Shown here piece by piece: positions 1 to 10,216 of a DNA stretch of 64,000 nt. Location: the NCBI RefSeq assembly GCF_036916855.1, contig NZ_JBALFE010000029.1. One strand, given 5' to 3'. Each line of letters starts with the position of its first letter. The stretch's first letter is position 1. Below the pieces are notes generated by a model, which searched no databases, had not been told where the DNA came from, and saw only the letters and a program-made list of their open reading frames with translations. Made by a program: the position numbers and the translations under genes. The DNA comes from Nostoc sp. Its GTDB lineage: Bacteria > Cyanobacteriota > Cyanobacteriia > Cyanobacteriales > Nostocaceae.

Positions 1-638
1 ATCGTTTCCAAATCGCGCATTTCCCCCACCAGAATAATATCTGGGTCTTCCCGCAAAGCTGCTTTCAAGGCATTAGCAAAGCTCTTGGTATCTTCACCTA
101 GTTGCCGTTGGTGAACCAAGCTTTTAATTGGTTCGTAGACAAATTCAATTGGGTCTTCCACCGTTAAAATATGCTCTGCCTTGGTGCGGTTAATCAAGTC
201 AATCATTGCCGCTAGGGTAGTTGTCTTCCCGGAACCTGTAGGGCCTGTTACTAGAATCAATCCCCTGGGCTTATCGCACATTTCCCGCACTATATCTGGC
301 AGACCTAATTTTTCAAAGTTAGGAATTTTAGAACTTAATGCCCGTAAGCAAGCAGCATAAGCACCACGTTCTTTATAGACATTGACCCGGAAGCGAGCCA
401 AACCTTTAACACCATAAGAACAATCCAACTCCCAGGTTTGCTCTAAAGTTTTACGCTGGGTGTTGTTGAGCATACTAAAAATGAGCCTTTGACATTCATC
501 GGCTGTCAATACATGCTCACCTATGGGGGTGAGTTTGCCACTGATGCGGAAGTAGGGAGGCAAACCTGCGGATAAATGCAAATCCGAGCCACCCATTTCA
601 ATCAACTGCTCCATCAAGTCTTCAATCATCATTTCCAT
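1..638 (-). CDS. pilT: Type IV pilus retraction ATPase PilT, N-terminal ~212 codons; the gene runs off the left edge
   Basis: I translated the reverse strand by eye from the ATG at 638: MEMMIEDLMEQLIEMGGSDLHLSAGLPPYFRISGKL...LILVTGPTGSGKTTTLAAMIDL (Walker A). This is a typical PilT N-terminus. It lies directly downstream of pilB on the same strand. Confidence 0.9.
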   Translation of the reverse strand, partial: MEMMIEDLMEQLIEMGGSDLHLSAGLPPYFRISGKLTPIGEHVLTADECQRLIFSMLNNTQRKTLEQTWELDCSYGVKGLARFRVNVYKERGAYAACLRALSSKIPNFEKLGLPDIVREMCDKPRGLILVTGPTGSGKTTTLAAMIDLINRTKAEHILTVEDPIEFVYEPIKSLVHQRQLGEDTKSFANALKAALREDPDIILVGEMRDLET

Positions 639-654
639 AGTTCTGCTTCCTTTT

Positions 655-731
655 AATGTTTGTTATTTGTCCTTTGTCAGTTGTCATTTGTTTAAAGTTA
701 CTAACCATTGACAATGACCAATGACTAATGC
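655..731. repeat. Degenerate heptamer (STRR-like) repeat tract in the pilB-pilT spacer
   Basis: tttgtcc/tttgtca units are followed by ccattgacaatgaccaatgactaatg. The same TGACCAA/TGACTAA heptamer family recurs at 15.7, 48.2 and 63.2 kb. Confidence 0.7.
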
Positions 732-737
732 CTAGCC

Positions 738-2744
738 TTAAAACCGAGATGTCATACAGTAGGGACAATCCAGCCATTCTTGTTTCAATGTGGCCTCGCA
801 AGTCCGGCAGGTAAGACCAGTCTTGCGTTTGGCTTTTAACTCGGCTTCCAAACCAGTATCAGTAAACGTCACTCGTTCTACTTCTTCTAGGGTGGTGGAA
901 CCTTGGCGCACTAAGTCCAAACTATAAGCCAGCAAGGTTTTCATGCCCTCTTCTATTGCCACTTCCTTGATGCGTTCCGTGGGTGCATCTTCGTTGATGA
1001 GAGTTTGCAGGTTTTCGGTGACTCGCATGACTTCATAAACACCACAACGCCCTTTGTAGCCGACCCCATTACATTTTGAGCAAAGCTGATTTTTGGTTTT
1101 GGCTTCTGCGATCGCATCTAATGTCAAGGTGTTAGCCTTATAGAAAGTAACTCCGACATCTGAGGAAGCTGATAGACCATAACGAGCCAGTTCCTCGGTT
1201 GTGGGAGTGTAAGGAACACGACATTCAGAACATACACGCCGTACCAAACGTTGAGCTAAAACGCCAATTAGGGAACTAGAAACCATGAAAGGCTCAATTC
1301 CCATTTCTCCCAAACGAGCGATCGCACCTGGGGCATCATTGGTATGTAAGGTAGTTAATACCAAGTGACCAGTCAAGGCAGCCTCAATTGCTGTTTTTGC
1401 CGTTTCCTTATCTCGCGTTTCACCCACCAGCAGCACATCTGGATCTTGCCGCAAGAAAGCCCGCAGAGCGGTAGCAAAATCTAACCCTTTTTCCCGAATT
1501 ACCTGTACTTGAGTAATCCCTGGAAGACTGTACTCAATTGGGTCTTCCACAGTACTGATATTAATTCCGGGATCATTCTTTTCTGAGAGTGCAGAATACA
1601 GCGAGGTTGTTTTCCCAGAACCAGTTGGCCCAGTCACCAAAATTAGACCAAAGGGACGGCTAACCATATCCTGGACAATATGTAAAGTCTCTGGATCGGT
1701 AATTAACTTATCTAATCCCAGTTGGGTGGAGGAGTTATCCAAAATCCGCAGCACCACTTTTTCCCCGTAGCGGCTGGGCAAGGTATTCACCCGGAAGTCC
1801 ACCTTACGTCCCTCAAACATCCGCCGGATACGTCCATCTTGGGGTAAACGGCGTTCAGCAATGTCTAGATTGGAGATGATTTTAAATCGGGCTGTCACCG
1901 CCGGGATGATTTTTTTCGGTAGGGGATCGAAAGCTTCACGCAGTACGCCATCCTTCCGAAAGCGAATGCGTAAGTTTTCTTCTTGCGGTTCGATATGAAT
2001 ATCAGACACGCCCTCATGCAAAGCTTTAGCCAGGATTCTGTTAACTAGGTTGATGACTGGGGCATCCTCTGCACCCTTCATCGCTGCCCCTAGATCAGCC
2101 TCCATTTCTTCAGGAGCATCCGAAATATCGAGATTTCCGAGGTTTTCTAAATCCTGATTAATATCTGTAAACTTTTCTTGCTCCAGGTGCTTTTGCTTAA
2201 CAGCCATTTCATCCAGGTATTGGTTGATTAGCTGCTGGTAGTCTTCCTGTGTAATCACCATGCGCTGCAATGCCAAGCCTTGAGGGCGCAAGATGCGATT
2301 CAGGTCATCGGAAGCCTCTAAATTATCTGGAGCAACCATCGCCACTAAAACTGAGGGCGGGGTTTGGTCTTCGTGTTTCGATAGTGGTACTAAACGATGG
2401 CGACGACAGATATCCACTGGGATGAGGGTTTCAATTAGGTTCCCCATCATCGTGCTGCCAAAGGAATTGACTTCCGGATCAAGGAATTCAACACCGTATA
2501 GTATTTTAAGTTCAAATAGCTGTTGTTTTTTGTATTGCCTGAGCAACTCAGGTGATAGTTGTTGCCCAGTGATTGACTCTAGTACTTCCGTTAAGGGTCT
2601 GCCAGATTTACGGCTTTCAATTAGTGCCTGCCTCATCTGTTCGGTATTGACATAGCCAGATTGCACTAGCTTGTTGCCGAAGGGCGAAAACTCTGTTCTG
2701 GTAGTTAGAGCGGTACTGCGCCGTTGTGGTGACGAGTAAGTCAT
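738..2744 (-). CDS. pilB: Type IV pilus assembly ATPase PilB (GspE family)
   Basis: 668 aa. N-terminal GSPII-type region, Walker A VTGPTGSGKTT, Asp/His boxes, and a tetracysteine cluster (CSEC...CSKCNGVGYKGR). There is an extra C-terminal CxxC...CxxC tail (CRTCEATLKQEWLDCPYC). Confidence 0.92.
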   Translation of the reverse strand: MTYSSPQRRSTALTTRTEFSPFGNKLVQSGYVNTEQMRQALIESRKSGRPLTEVLESITGQQLSPELLRQYKKQQLFELKILYGVEFLDPEVNSFGSTMMGNLIETLIPVDICRRHRLVPLSKHEDQTPPSVLVAMVAPDNLEASDDLNRILRPQGLALQRMVITQEDYQQLINQYLDEMAVKQKHLEQEKFTDINQDLENLGNLDISDAPEEMEADLGAAMKGAEDAPVINLVNRILAKALHEGVSDIHIEPQEENLRIRFRKDGVLREAFDPLPKKIIPAVTARFKIISNLDIAERRLPQDGRIRRMFEGRKVDFRVNTLPSRYGEKVVLRILDNSSTQLGLDKLITDPETLHIVQDMVSRPFGLILVTGPTGSGKTTSLYSALSEKNDPGINISTVEDPIEYSLPGITQVQVIREKGLDFATALRAFLRQDPDVLLVGETRDKETAKTAIEAALTGHLVLTTLHTNDAPGAIARLGEMGIEPFMVSSSLIGVLAQRLVRRVCSECRVPYTPTTEELARYGLSASSDVGVTFYKANTLTLDAIAEAKTKNQLCSKCNGVGYKGRCGVYEVMRVTENLQTLINEDAPTERIKEVAIEEGMKTLLAYSLDLVRQGSTTLEEVERVTFTDTGLEAELKAKRKTGLTCRTCEATLKQEWLDCPYCMTSRF

Positions 2745-2878
2745 AAATGAGCAATTGATTTGGGGAAACCTCTGCTTAAAGTATTCCCAGGCTATGAGAC
2801 AGAATTCTCATTTCCCAAAAAAGTCCTAAGTCACTGGACTTCTGAGCAGTAGTTTACGTTGCTTAGAGTTCTTGCTAA

Positions 2879-2999
2879 GGGATTCTAAGAAATAAATTAT
2901 CCATCTGGTGGGGTGGGCATCCTGCCTATGCTGAATATAGGAGGGGTGGGGAAACCCATCCCACAAGAAAATTTGGGATGTTTTTTATTTAGAAGTCTC
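2879..2999. mobile_element. MITE-like element, ~121 bp, with imperfect ~24-bp terminal inverted repeats (copy 1)
   Basis: The left end is gggattctaagaaataaattatcc. The reverse complement of the right end is gagacttctaaataaaaaacatcc. Ends and length match the copy at 41207-41328. The interior is GC-rich and differs between copies. Confidence 0.5.
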
Positions 3000-3454
3000 T
3001 AAGTGCCGAATGAAAAAGAAGTAGTAGTCGAGAAAATAGAAACTCTTGACTGGCTTAATCAACAAACTTCAGTCATAGGGTACAACCCAGACATCAAAAC
3101 ATCTGACTCAGCATTCAATACCTAACACTTCCGAAGGAATAACAATATTTGATAAATGGTTAAATTTTAAGTAGTAATTCATTAAAAAACCGACTCATGA
3201 AGAAGATGAGGGGCGAATCACATTCAGTGCCACTCTTCCAAATTACTTGCTCATAGAGGTACATTATTCATTCGGGTTCCCGCCTTAGTGGCGTCTGGGC
3301 TAACGTGTTCACCATTTGTCACAATAAGAGGACGGTTACATCACTTCCAGGAACTTGTCGGCAATAAAATCAGCCTCAGTTGCAAGTTGTGGATGACGAC
3401 GGTTGCAAGCTGTGGAGATACACTGCCATAAATAGGATCTGGAAAGAGTAGACA

Positions 3455-4204
3455 ATGATCGATGAAAATAAACAGATAAACAACACAAGCCAGCAATTGG
3501 GTGAACCAACAGAGGTAAAGCAAGCAATGAAGAGTGACTCCCCAGCCCAAATTAATTTCAATGAATCTGGTAGCGAGGTTACAGAGCAAGTGGCAGATCA
3601 AACCAATGTATCGGGGGATACGGCTACTCTCAATCCAGAAAACAGCGTCGCTGCAACTGAGAAAACTGAAGTAGAAAGGGCAGCTTTGGCAGAACTGACT
3701 CAACAAATCGAGTCCCTCAAAACGCAACTAGAAGAGCGTAGTACTCAATATATGCGGATTGCCGCTGATTTTGAGAATTACCGGAAACGCACCAGCAAAG
3801 AAAAAGAAGAGCTAGAGACACAAATAAAGCGGAACACCATTCTGGAATTGTTGCCAGTGGTCGATAATTTTGAGCGGGCGCGATCGCACCTCAAACCTCA
3901 ATCTGATGGCGAAATGACCATGCACAAAAGTTACCAAGGCGTTTACAAACAATTAGTAGATAGCCTGAAGCGCTTGGGTGTATCACCAATGCGTCCTGAA
4001 GGTCAAGAATTTGATCCTAACCTGCACGAAGCAGTAATGCGGGAACCTACGGATGAACATCCTGAAGGAACAGTGTTAGAAGAGTTAGTGCGCGGATATT
4101 ACTTGGGCGATCGCGTGCTACGCCATGCAATGGTCAAAGTAGCTGCTCCCAAGGAAGATAGCCCTGCGGCACCAGAAGATCAGTCGAGTTCAGCCAACAG
4201 TTAA
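3455..4204 (+). CDS. grpE: Nucleotide exchange factor GrpE
   Basis: 249 aa. After an acidic N-terminal extension comes the GrpE core: [18 protein letters not shown]...[11 protein letters not shown]...[16 protein letters not shown]. It is immediately upstream of dnaK. Confidence 0.93.
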   Translation: MIDENKQINNTSQQLGEPTEVKQAMKSDSPAQINFNESGSEVTEQVADQTNVSGDTATLNPENSVAATEKTEVERAALAELTQQIESLKTQLEERSTQYMRIAADFENYRKRTSKEKEELETQIKRNTILELLPVVDNFERARSHLKPQSDGEMTMHKSYQGVYKQLVDSLKRLGVSPMRPEGQEFDPNLHEAVMREPTDEHPEGTVLEELVRGYYLGDRVLRHAMVKVAAPKEDSPAAPEDQSSSANS

Positions 4205-4427
4205 GCTGTAATCGCTCGCCTCACTGACCTAAAGTGCCTGGGTTCTAGCAAGGACGAGCATCGCGTAAAACAAGGACAAGGCTTTGGATAACTCTCTGTG
4301 TTTCAACTTCTGGCGTTGCTACCAGCACACAGGTTCCACAGACGTTATCCGCTAGCCTTGGTTCATAGCAAAAAAGTTATACCGCGATATATTACAGCAG
4401 AAAGAGTCAGTAAAAATACTGGTAAGT

Positions 4428-6386
4428 ATGGGAAAAGTTATTGGGATCGACTTAGGCACTACTAACAGTTGCGTCGCAGTTTTGGAGGGCGGTCAACCAC
4501 TGGTGATCTCCAATTCTGAAGGTGGACGAACTACTCCAAGTATTGTGGGATTTGGGAAGAGTGGCGATCGCTTGGTTGGTCAATTGGCAAAGCGCCAAGC
4601 CGTAACCAATGCCGAAAACACAATTTACAGTATTAAACGATTCATCGGGCGGCGTTGGGAAGACACCGACATAGAACGCGATCGCGTCCCCTACAACTGT
4701 GTCAAAGGTCGAGACGATACTGTTGATGTTCAAATTCGCTCAAAAAACTACACACCACAAGAACTATCGGCTATGATCCTGCAAAAGCTCAAGCAGGATG
4801 CGGAAAACTTCTTGGGTGAGGAAGTCACTCAGGCAGTGATCACTGTACCAGCATATTTTACAGATGCTCAAAGGCAGGCAACTAAAGATGCTGGCACAAT
4901 TGCTGGACTAGAAGTCCTGCGAATCATTAATGAACCAACAGCTGCGGCTTTAGCTTTCGGATTGGAAAAGCAAGACCAAGAGCAGCTAATTTTAGTATTC
5001 GACTTAGGAGGCGGTACCTTCGACGTATCGATCCTGCAACTTGGGGATGGCGTTTTTGAAGTTAAAGCGACTTGTGGTAACAACCACTTGGGTGGAGACG
5101 ACTTTGATAATGCGATCGTGCTTTGGATGATGGAACGCTTCCGGCAACAAGAGAAAATCGACCTTTCCCAAGATAAGATGGCACTGCAACGCCTGCGGGA
5201 AGCAGCAGAAAAGGCAAAAATTGAACTCTCCAGCATGGTGAATACCTCCATCAACTTGCCGTTTATCACGGCTGATGAAACCGGGCCAAAGCATCTGGAG
5301 ATGGAACTCAGCCGCTCTAAATTTGAAGAACTCGCAGGGAAATTAATTGAAGCGACCATCGAACCAATGATCCAAGCGCTCAAAGATGCGGATCTCAAAC
5401 CACAAGCCATAGATCGGATTATTTTGGTAGGTGGTTCTACTCGTATCCCCGCAGTCCAAAACGCGCTGATTAAGTTTTTCAACGGCAAAGCTCCCGATCG
5501 CTCTATCAACCCTGACGAAGCCGTAGCATTGGGAGCGGCTATCCAAGCAGGTGTGTTGGGTGGCGAAGTCGATAATCTCTTACTATTAGATGTCACCCCT
5601 CTGTCCTTAGGGCTTGAAACCTTGGGTGAAGTGTTTACCAAAATCATTGAACGCAACACCACAATTCCTACTAGTAAGTCACAAATTTTTTCCACGGCAG
5701 TTGATGGGCAAACCTCGGTGGAAATTCACATCCTCCAAGGTGAACGGGCAATGTCACGAGATAACAAGAGTCTCGGCAAGTTTCTGCTAGCAGGAATTCC
5801 CCCATCTCCTCGTGGTGTGCCTCAAATTGAAGTATCCTTTGAAATCGATGTCAACGGCATCCTGAAGGTTTCTGCCCAAGACAAAGGTACAGGTAGAGAA
5901 CAGAGTATTCGGATTACCAATACAGGTGGCTTGAGTACTAACGAAGTCGAACGGATGCGCCAAGAAGCCGAACTGTTTTCCGAAGAAGATAGAAGACGTA
6001 AAGAACTGGTTGAACTCAAAAACCAAGCAGAGAATCTGTTGTTCAGTTACGAATCCACCATCAAGGATAATAGCAACTTTATCGGCGACCAGATGAAAAC
6101 CTTGGCCAGTGAAAAAGTTTCACAACTCCAAGCTGCAATGATTGACTCCAGCATCTCCACTGTGGAATTTAAGCAGCGCTTAGACGACTTCCAACAAACC
6201 CTGTTTGCAATTGGTGCCGATGTCTATAATCGAGCTAACAGCCAAAGTGATGAGATTGAAGAGGCTTCAGCTAGTCTTTTTACCCCAGAAGTAGACTCAC
6301 CAATGAATGGCACACTAATACCACAATTCAACTTTGATTTTGACGAAGAAAGTACTGCACAGGCTGATTATGAGGCGATAGATTAG
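4428..6386 (+). CDS. dnaK: Hsp70 chaperone DnaK
   Basis: 652 aa. Hsp70 signatures are present: [40 protein letters not shown]. Confidence 0.97.
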   Translation: MGKVIGIDLGTTNSCVAVLEGGQPLVISNSEGGRTTPSIVGFGKSGDRLVGQLAKRQAVTNAENTIYSIKRFIGRRWEDTDIERDRVPYNCVKGRDDTVDVQIRSKNYTPQELSAMILQKLKQDAENFLGEEVTQAVITVPAYFTDAQRQATKDAGTIAGLEVLRIINEPTAAALAFGLEKQDQEQLILVFDLGGGTFDVSILQLGDGVFEVKATCGNNHLGGDDFDNAIVLWMMERFRQQEKIDLSQDKMALQRLREAAEKAKIELSSMVNTSINLPFITADETGPKHLEMELSRSKFEELAGKLIEATIEPMIQALKDADLKPQAIDRIILVGGSTRIPAVQNALIKFFNGKAPDRSINPDEAVALGAAIQAGVLGGEVDNLLLLDVTPLSLGLETLGEVFTKIIERNTTIPTSKSQIFSTAVDGQTSVEIHILQGERAMSRDNKSLGKFLLAGIPPSPRGVPQIEVSFEIDVNGILKVSAQDKGTGREQSIRITNTGGLSTNEVERMRQEAELFSEEDRRRKELVELKNQAENLLFSYESTIKDNSNFIGDQMKTLASEKVSQLQAAMIDSSISTVEFKQRLDDFQQTLFAIGADVYNRANSQSDEIEEASASLFTPEVDSPMNGTLIPQFNFDFDEESTAQADYEAID

Positions 6387-7082
6387 GGGTTGGGCATTGG
6401 GAAGAGGCAGAGGGGAAAGAACTAAAGAGGTAATTTTTTATTCTCCCCCTTGCCCCCTCTCCTCCAATCCCCACTCCGTGGGGCCCCGAGTCCCCTTGCT
6501 CCTCTGCTTCTTCCCTGCTCCTCTAAGTTGCAAATTTTTCTTGAGACACTTTAATATATCTAAATATATTGATTATAAATTTAGCGAAGTTTCACAAGAC
6601 CCCAGCGGTTTGCTAGATTGTAGAAGCAAATTACTTTGGTCTAGGCGGTGTGCCAGTTCAGATGCACTTCCATTGCATAAGGGTGGTTTTCCACACCTAA
6701 TGGTGCGGCTAGCCCCTCTGGTTGATGGGCGGGGTTTTCCTCTGCTACGTAGCACAATTGTAAAAGAGACAGCCGACTCGGCAGTGAGAAGTCTGAGCAA
6801 AGGCTTCCCCTGCTCTTAACTTCTATAGCTTTTGTCGTCTCCCACGAGGAAAGCACCTGTTGCTCAAGATTTGTCGGTGATTTTTGTAAATGGTAAAGGG
6901 TAAAATCAGTTATTAACAAAAATTAATTTTATCTTCTGCCTGGACTCCGGCAAGCCGCTCTGTAAACGGATACTGTAGTGCTCTTGCATATCTGTAAGCA
7001 AAACACTTTTCCGTAGGGTAGCAAATGACCGTGATCTTCTACTGCCTTCTGCTTTCTTCCTTCTAACTTTTACCTTTGCTAT

Positions 7083-8210
7083 ATGGCCCGCGACTATTAT
7101 GAAATCCTGGGTGTCTCTCGTGACACCGACAAAGAAGAAATCAAACAAGCCTATCGCCGTTTAGCCCGGAAGTATCACCCAGATGTGAACAAAGAACCGG
7201 GGGCGGAGGATCGCTTTAAAGAAATTAACCGCGCTTATGAAGTACTCTCGGAACCAGAAACCCGCGCTCGTTACGATCGCTTTGGGCCAGAGGGTGTATC
7301 AGGTGCTGGCGCGGGCTTTCAAGATGTCGGCGATATGGGTGGTTTTGCCGATATCTTTGAAAGCATTTTTAGTGGCTTTGCTGGCGGTATGGGTAATCCC
7401 ACGCAACAAAGACGGCGCAGTGGGCCTGCAAGAGGAGATGACCTGCGGCTAGACCTGAAGTTAGACTTTCGGGAAGCGGTATTTGGCGGTGAAAAAGAAA
7501 TTCGCATTTCGCATCTAGAAAATTGCGAAGTCTGTAGTGGTTCTGGTGCTAAACCTGGAACCCGCCCTCGGACTTGTTCGACTTGTAGCGGATCGGGTCA
7601 AGTCCGCCGTGTAACTAGAACACCCTTTGGCAGTTTCACCCAAGTCTCGACTTGTCCCACCTGTAATGGGACAGGGATGGTAATTGAAGATAAGTGTGAT
7701 GCCTGTGATGGTAAGGGCGCAAATCAAGTCACAAAGAAACTCAAAATTACCATTCCAGCTGGGGTGGATAATGGCACACGCTTGCGGATTTCTAGTGAAG
7801 GAGATGCTGGTCAACGTGGTGGACCTCCAGGGGATTTGTACGTTTACCTGTTCGTGAATGAGGACGAGGAATTCCAACGGGATGGCATTAATATTCTCTC
7901 CGAAATCAAAGTTAGCTATCTGCAAGCGATTTTAGGTTGTCGGTTAGAGGTAGATACGGTAGATGGGCCGGTGGAACTGATTCTTCCAGCTGGAACCCAG
8001 CCCAATACAGTGATGAAGTTGGAAAATCGCGGCGTACCCCGCTTGGGTAATCCCGTAAGTCGTGGGGATCATATGCTGACAGTATTAATTGATATTCCCA
8101 ATAAAGTAACCCCAGAGGAGAGGGAACTGTTGGAGAAGCTGGCTAAAATTAAGGGAGATCGCACTGGTAAAGGCGGTCTAGAAGGATTCTTGGGAAATTT
8201 ATTTAAGTAA
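7083..8210 (+). CDS. dnaJ: Hsp40 co-chaperone DnaJ (type I)
   Basis: 375 aa. J domain with HPD ([12 protein letters not shown]), a G/F-rich linker, and four CxxCxGxG zinc motifs ([32 protein letters not shown]). Confidence 0.96.
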   Translation: MARDYYEILGVSRDTDKEEIKQAYRRLARKYHPDVNKEPGAEDRFKEINRAYEVLSEPETRARYDRFGPEGVSGAGAGFQDVGDMGGFADIFESIFSGFAGGMGNPTQQRRRSGPARGDDLRLDLKLDFREAVFGGEKEIRISHLENCEVCSGSGAKPGTRPRTCSTCSGSGQVRRVTRTPFGSFTQVSTCPTCNGTGMVIEDKCDACDGKGANQVTKKLKITIPAGVDNGTRLRISSEGDAGQRGGPPGDLYVYLFVNEDEEFQRDGINILSEIKVSYLQAILGCRLEVDTVDGPVELILPAGTQPNTVMKLENRGVPRLGNPVSRGDHMLTVLIDIPNKVTPEERELLEKLAKIKGDRTGKGGLEGFLGNLFK

Positions 8211-8467
8211 TGAAGCCCTCTTCTGTTTTAACTCCCGATGCTCAACTTGATTTACGCGGCACCCCTTGCCCTATTAATTTCGTGCGGACAAAATTACGTC
8301 TGGAGAAAATGCCATTGGGAGGTTTGCTAGAAGTCTGGCTAGACCCAGGTGAGCCGATTGAGCAGGTTCCTGATAGTCTGACAATGGCAGGTTATCAGGT
8401 AGAACAAATCATAGACTGCACTAGTTATTTTTCTCTGTTAGTGCGCCGTCCACAAGCTGGCCAATGA
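8210..8467 (+). CDS. TusA/SirA-family sulfur-carrier-like protein
   Basis: 85 aa with the family's N-terminal LDLRGTPCPINFV (CP motif) in a two-layer alpha/beta-sized protein. Its ATG overlaps the dnaJ stop codon (TAATG). Confidence 0.8.
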   Translation: MKPSSVLTPDAQLDLRGTPCPINFVRTKLRLEKMPLGGLLEVWLDPGEPIEQVPDSLTMAGYQVEQIIDCTSYFSLLVRRPQAGQ

Positions 8468-9576
8468 CAGGGGAAAATTTTGTCGTAACTGGACAGTTAT
8501 TGGGTACGGTGCTAGCTGTACAGGCTAATTTTTACCGAGTACAGCTGGATCAACAGGATGGGGAGATGAGGGAGATAAGGGAGATGAAGGGGCAAAATCC
8601 TCCTCATCTTCCTTATCCCCCTCTCCTACTTTGTACCCGGAGAACACGTCTGAAAAAAATCGGGCAACAGGTGATGGTAGGCGATCGCGTTGTGGTAGAA
8701 GAGCCAGATTGGGCTGGAGGACGGGGTGCGATCGCTGATGTTTTACCCCGTCAAAGCGAATTAGATCGTCCAGCGATCGCCAATGTCAACCAAATTCTAT
8801 TGGTATTTGCCGTTGCCGATCCACCTTTAGAACCTTACCAACTGAGTCGGTTTCTGATTAAGGCTGAGTCTACTGGCTTGGATGTGCTTTTATGCTTGAA
8901 TAAAAGTGATTTAATTTCACCGCAAGAACAGCAACAAGTTAGCGATCGCCTACTCGGTTGGGGCTATCAGCCGATATTTATCAGCGTCAAAGATGGTATA
9001 AATACTGAACAAGCAGCCAGATATTTGAGTAATAAAATTACCGTAATTGCTGGACCTTCTGGCGTGGGTAAATCCAGCCTGATTAATACGCTAATTGACT
9101 CTCTTCACCTGCGAGTGGGGGAAGTTTCTGGCAAACTGGCTCGTGGTCGTCATACCACTCGCCATATAGAATTATTTGAGTTACCAAGTGGTGGTTTGCT
9201 GGCAGACACTCCGGGCTTTAATCAGCCTGACATGGATTGTAACCCAGAAGAATTAATCCATTATTTCCCAGAAGCAAGAGAGCGGTTAGCAGTTGCTAGC
9301 TGTCGGTTTAGTGATTGTCTGCATCGAGATGAGCCTGAGTGTGCGGTGCGGGGAGATTGGGAACGATATGAACATTATTTAGAATTTTTGTCCGATGCGA
9401 TCGCTCATCAAACTCAGCTGCACCAACAAGCCGATCCTGAATCTACGATGAAGTTAAAAAGCAAAGGCAAAGGGCAGAGCCAATACGAACCCAAGCTAGA
9501 AAGTAAAAAATATCGCCGGATTTCCCGTAAGACTCAGTTACAGGACTTGCAGGAATTATATCGAGATGAAGAATAA
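8464..9576 (+). CDS. rsgA: Ribosome small-subunit-dependent GTPase RsgA (YjeQ)
   Basis: 370 aa. Circularly permuted GTPase order: LNKSDL (G4), then GPSGVGKSSLIN (G1), then DTPGF (G3), then a C-terminal zinc knuckle (CRFSDCLHRDEPECAV). Its ATG overlaps the upstream stop (ATGA). It carries a repeat-derived insertion at 8558-8628. Confidence 0.9.
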   Translation: MTGENFVVTGQLLGTVLAVQANFYRVQLDQQDGEMREIREMKGQNPPHLPYPPLLLCTRRTRLKKIGQQVMVGDRVVVEEPDWAGGRGAIADVLPRQSELDRPAIANVNQILLVFAVADPPLEPYQLSRFLIKAESTGLDVLLCLNKSDLISPQEQQQVSDRLLGWGYQPIFISVKDGINTEQAARYLSNKITVIAGPSGVGKSSLINTLIDSLHLRVGEVSGKLARGRHTTRHIELFELPSGGLLADTPGFNQPDMDCNPEELIHYFPEARERLAVASCRFSDCLHRDEPECAVRGDWERYEHYLEFLSDAIAHQTQLHQQADPESTMKLKSKGKGQSQYEPKLESKKYRRISRKTQLQDLQELYRDEE

Positions 9577-9580
9577 GGAG

Positions 9581-9612
9581 TGCGATGTCTACGACGGGCT
9601 GCGCCTACGCAC
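9581..9612 (+). repeat. Dispersed ~30-nt repeat (tgcgatgtctacgacgggctgcgcctacgc family), copy 1
   Basis: Near-identical copies lie in inverse orientation at 48039-48069 and 59576-59603. A diverged copy is at 33940-33969. Partial copies are near 29045-29064 and 56862-56886. Confidence 0.85.
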
Positions 9613-9841
9613 TTCTATGTAAAGGTTTGTCGTTATAGCATCGATACAAACAGAAAAACTATCTTGTCTGTTTACAAAGAAGGCAAAGGGGTAAAGATGA
9701 AGAGGGATTGCGACTCACCTCAATTAAAGACTACTTTTTAAGTGCTCGCTCTAAACCCGTATAGGGGAATATTAGAAAAAAGTTTTATGCGTATTTTAAA
9801 GCCGCTCCGTCTCTTTCCCCTTTTTTCCTTTCCCCTTCCCA

Positions 9842-9990
9842 GATGGTAAATTACGCTTTTTTAACCCAGAATATTGCCAGAAGAAGCAAAACCACAATTG
9901 CAGCCAGCGAACCAACAACTAGAGCAGGAACGCCAACATGCTAAAAAATTGGCAGAACGCTTACGAGCCACAGGAATTGAACCTGAGTAA
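9842..9990 (+). pseudogene. C-terminal relic of an Uma2-family (DUF820) gene, frameshifted and lacking an N-terminus
   Basis: One frame reads DGKLRFFNP. After a 1-nt shift it reads ILPEEAKPQLQPANQQLEQERQHAKKLAERLRATGIEPE*. This parallels the tail of the intact copy at 12332-13018 (GKLRFYNPATGQ...AAEEKAQRLAAKLRELNIDPDSL). Confidence 0.4.
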
Positions 9991-10216
9991 ATATTTTAAG
10001 TACAGCATCATACAATAAACAAATAGACAGGTTTTACAGAGATTCAAAACTAGTTAACAACAAGATGCGGTGGGGGCACAACAATGTTGTCCCCTACAAA
10101 CACTGTATTTAACTCAATTGAAAACTATTCTTACGATCCCCATAAAGTCTTAAAATATTGTTAATTTCAGCCAAACCTCTCGACCTTCAACTTACAAGTA
10201 TCACCCCAAAATCACT

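Noticed and set aside
3336-3727. Three overlapping minus-strand ORFs (61-128 aa) at the grpE 5' end
   Set aside because: They overlap the well-supported grpE start on the opposite strand and each other. Their hydrophobic, Cys-rich shadow-frame composition is not convincing.
4452-6026. Antisense ORFs inside dnaK, including a 275-aa ORF at 4868..5695
   Set aside because: They lie fully within, and opposite to, an unmistakable Hsp70 gene. Their Ser/Pro/Ala-rich translations are typical of shadow frames. The same reasoning applies to 2293..2655 (pilB), 7319..7925 (dnaJ), 22149..26458 (the giant gene), 47488..47853 (pyk) and 48520..48870 (gap1).
6397-6919. ORFs 6397..6819 (+), 6573..6800 (-) and 6641..6919 (-) in the dnaK-dnaJ spacer
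   Set aside because: They overlap one another on both strands, begin inside heptamer repeat sequence, and have Pro/Leu/Ser/Arg-rich low-complexity composition with no ribosome-binding site. I treated the region as a candidate structured RNA or spacer.
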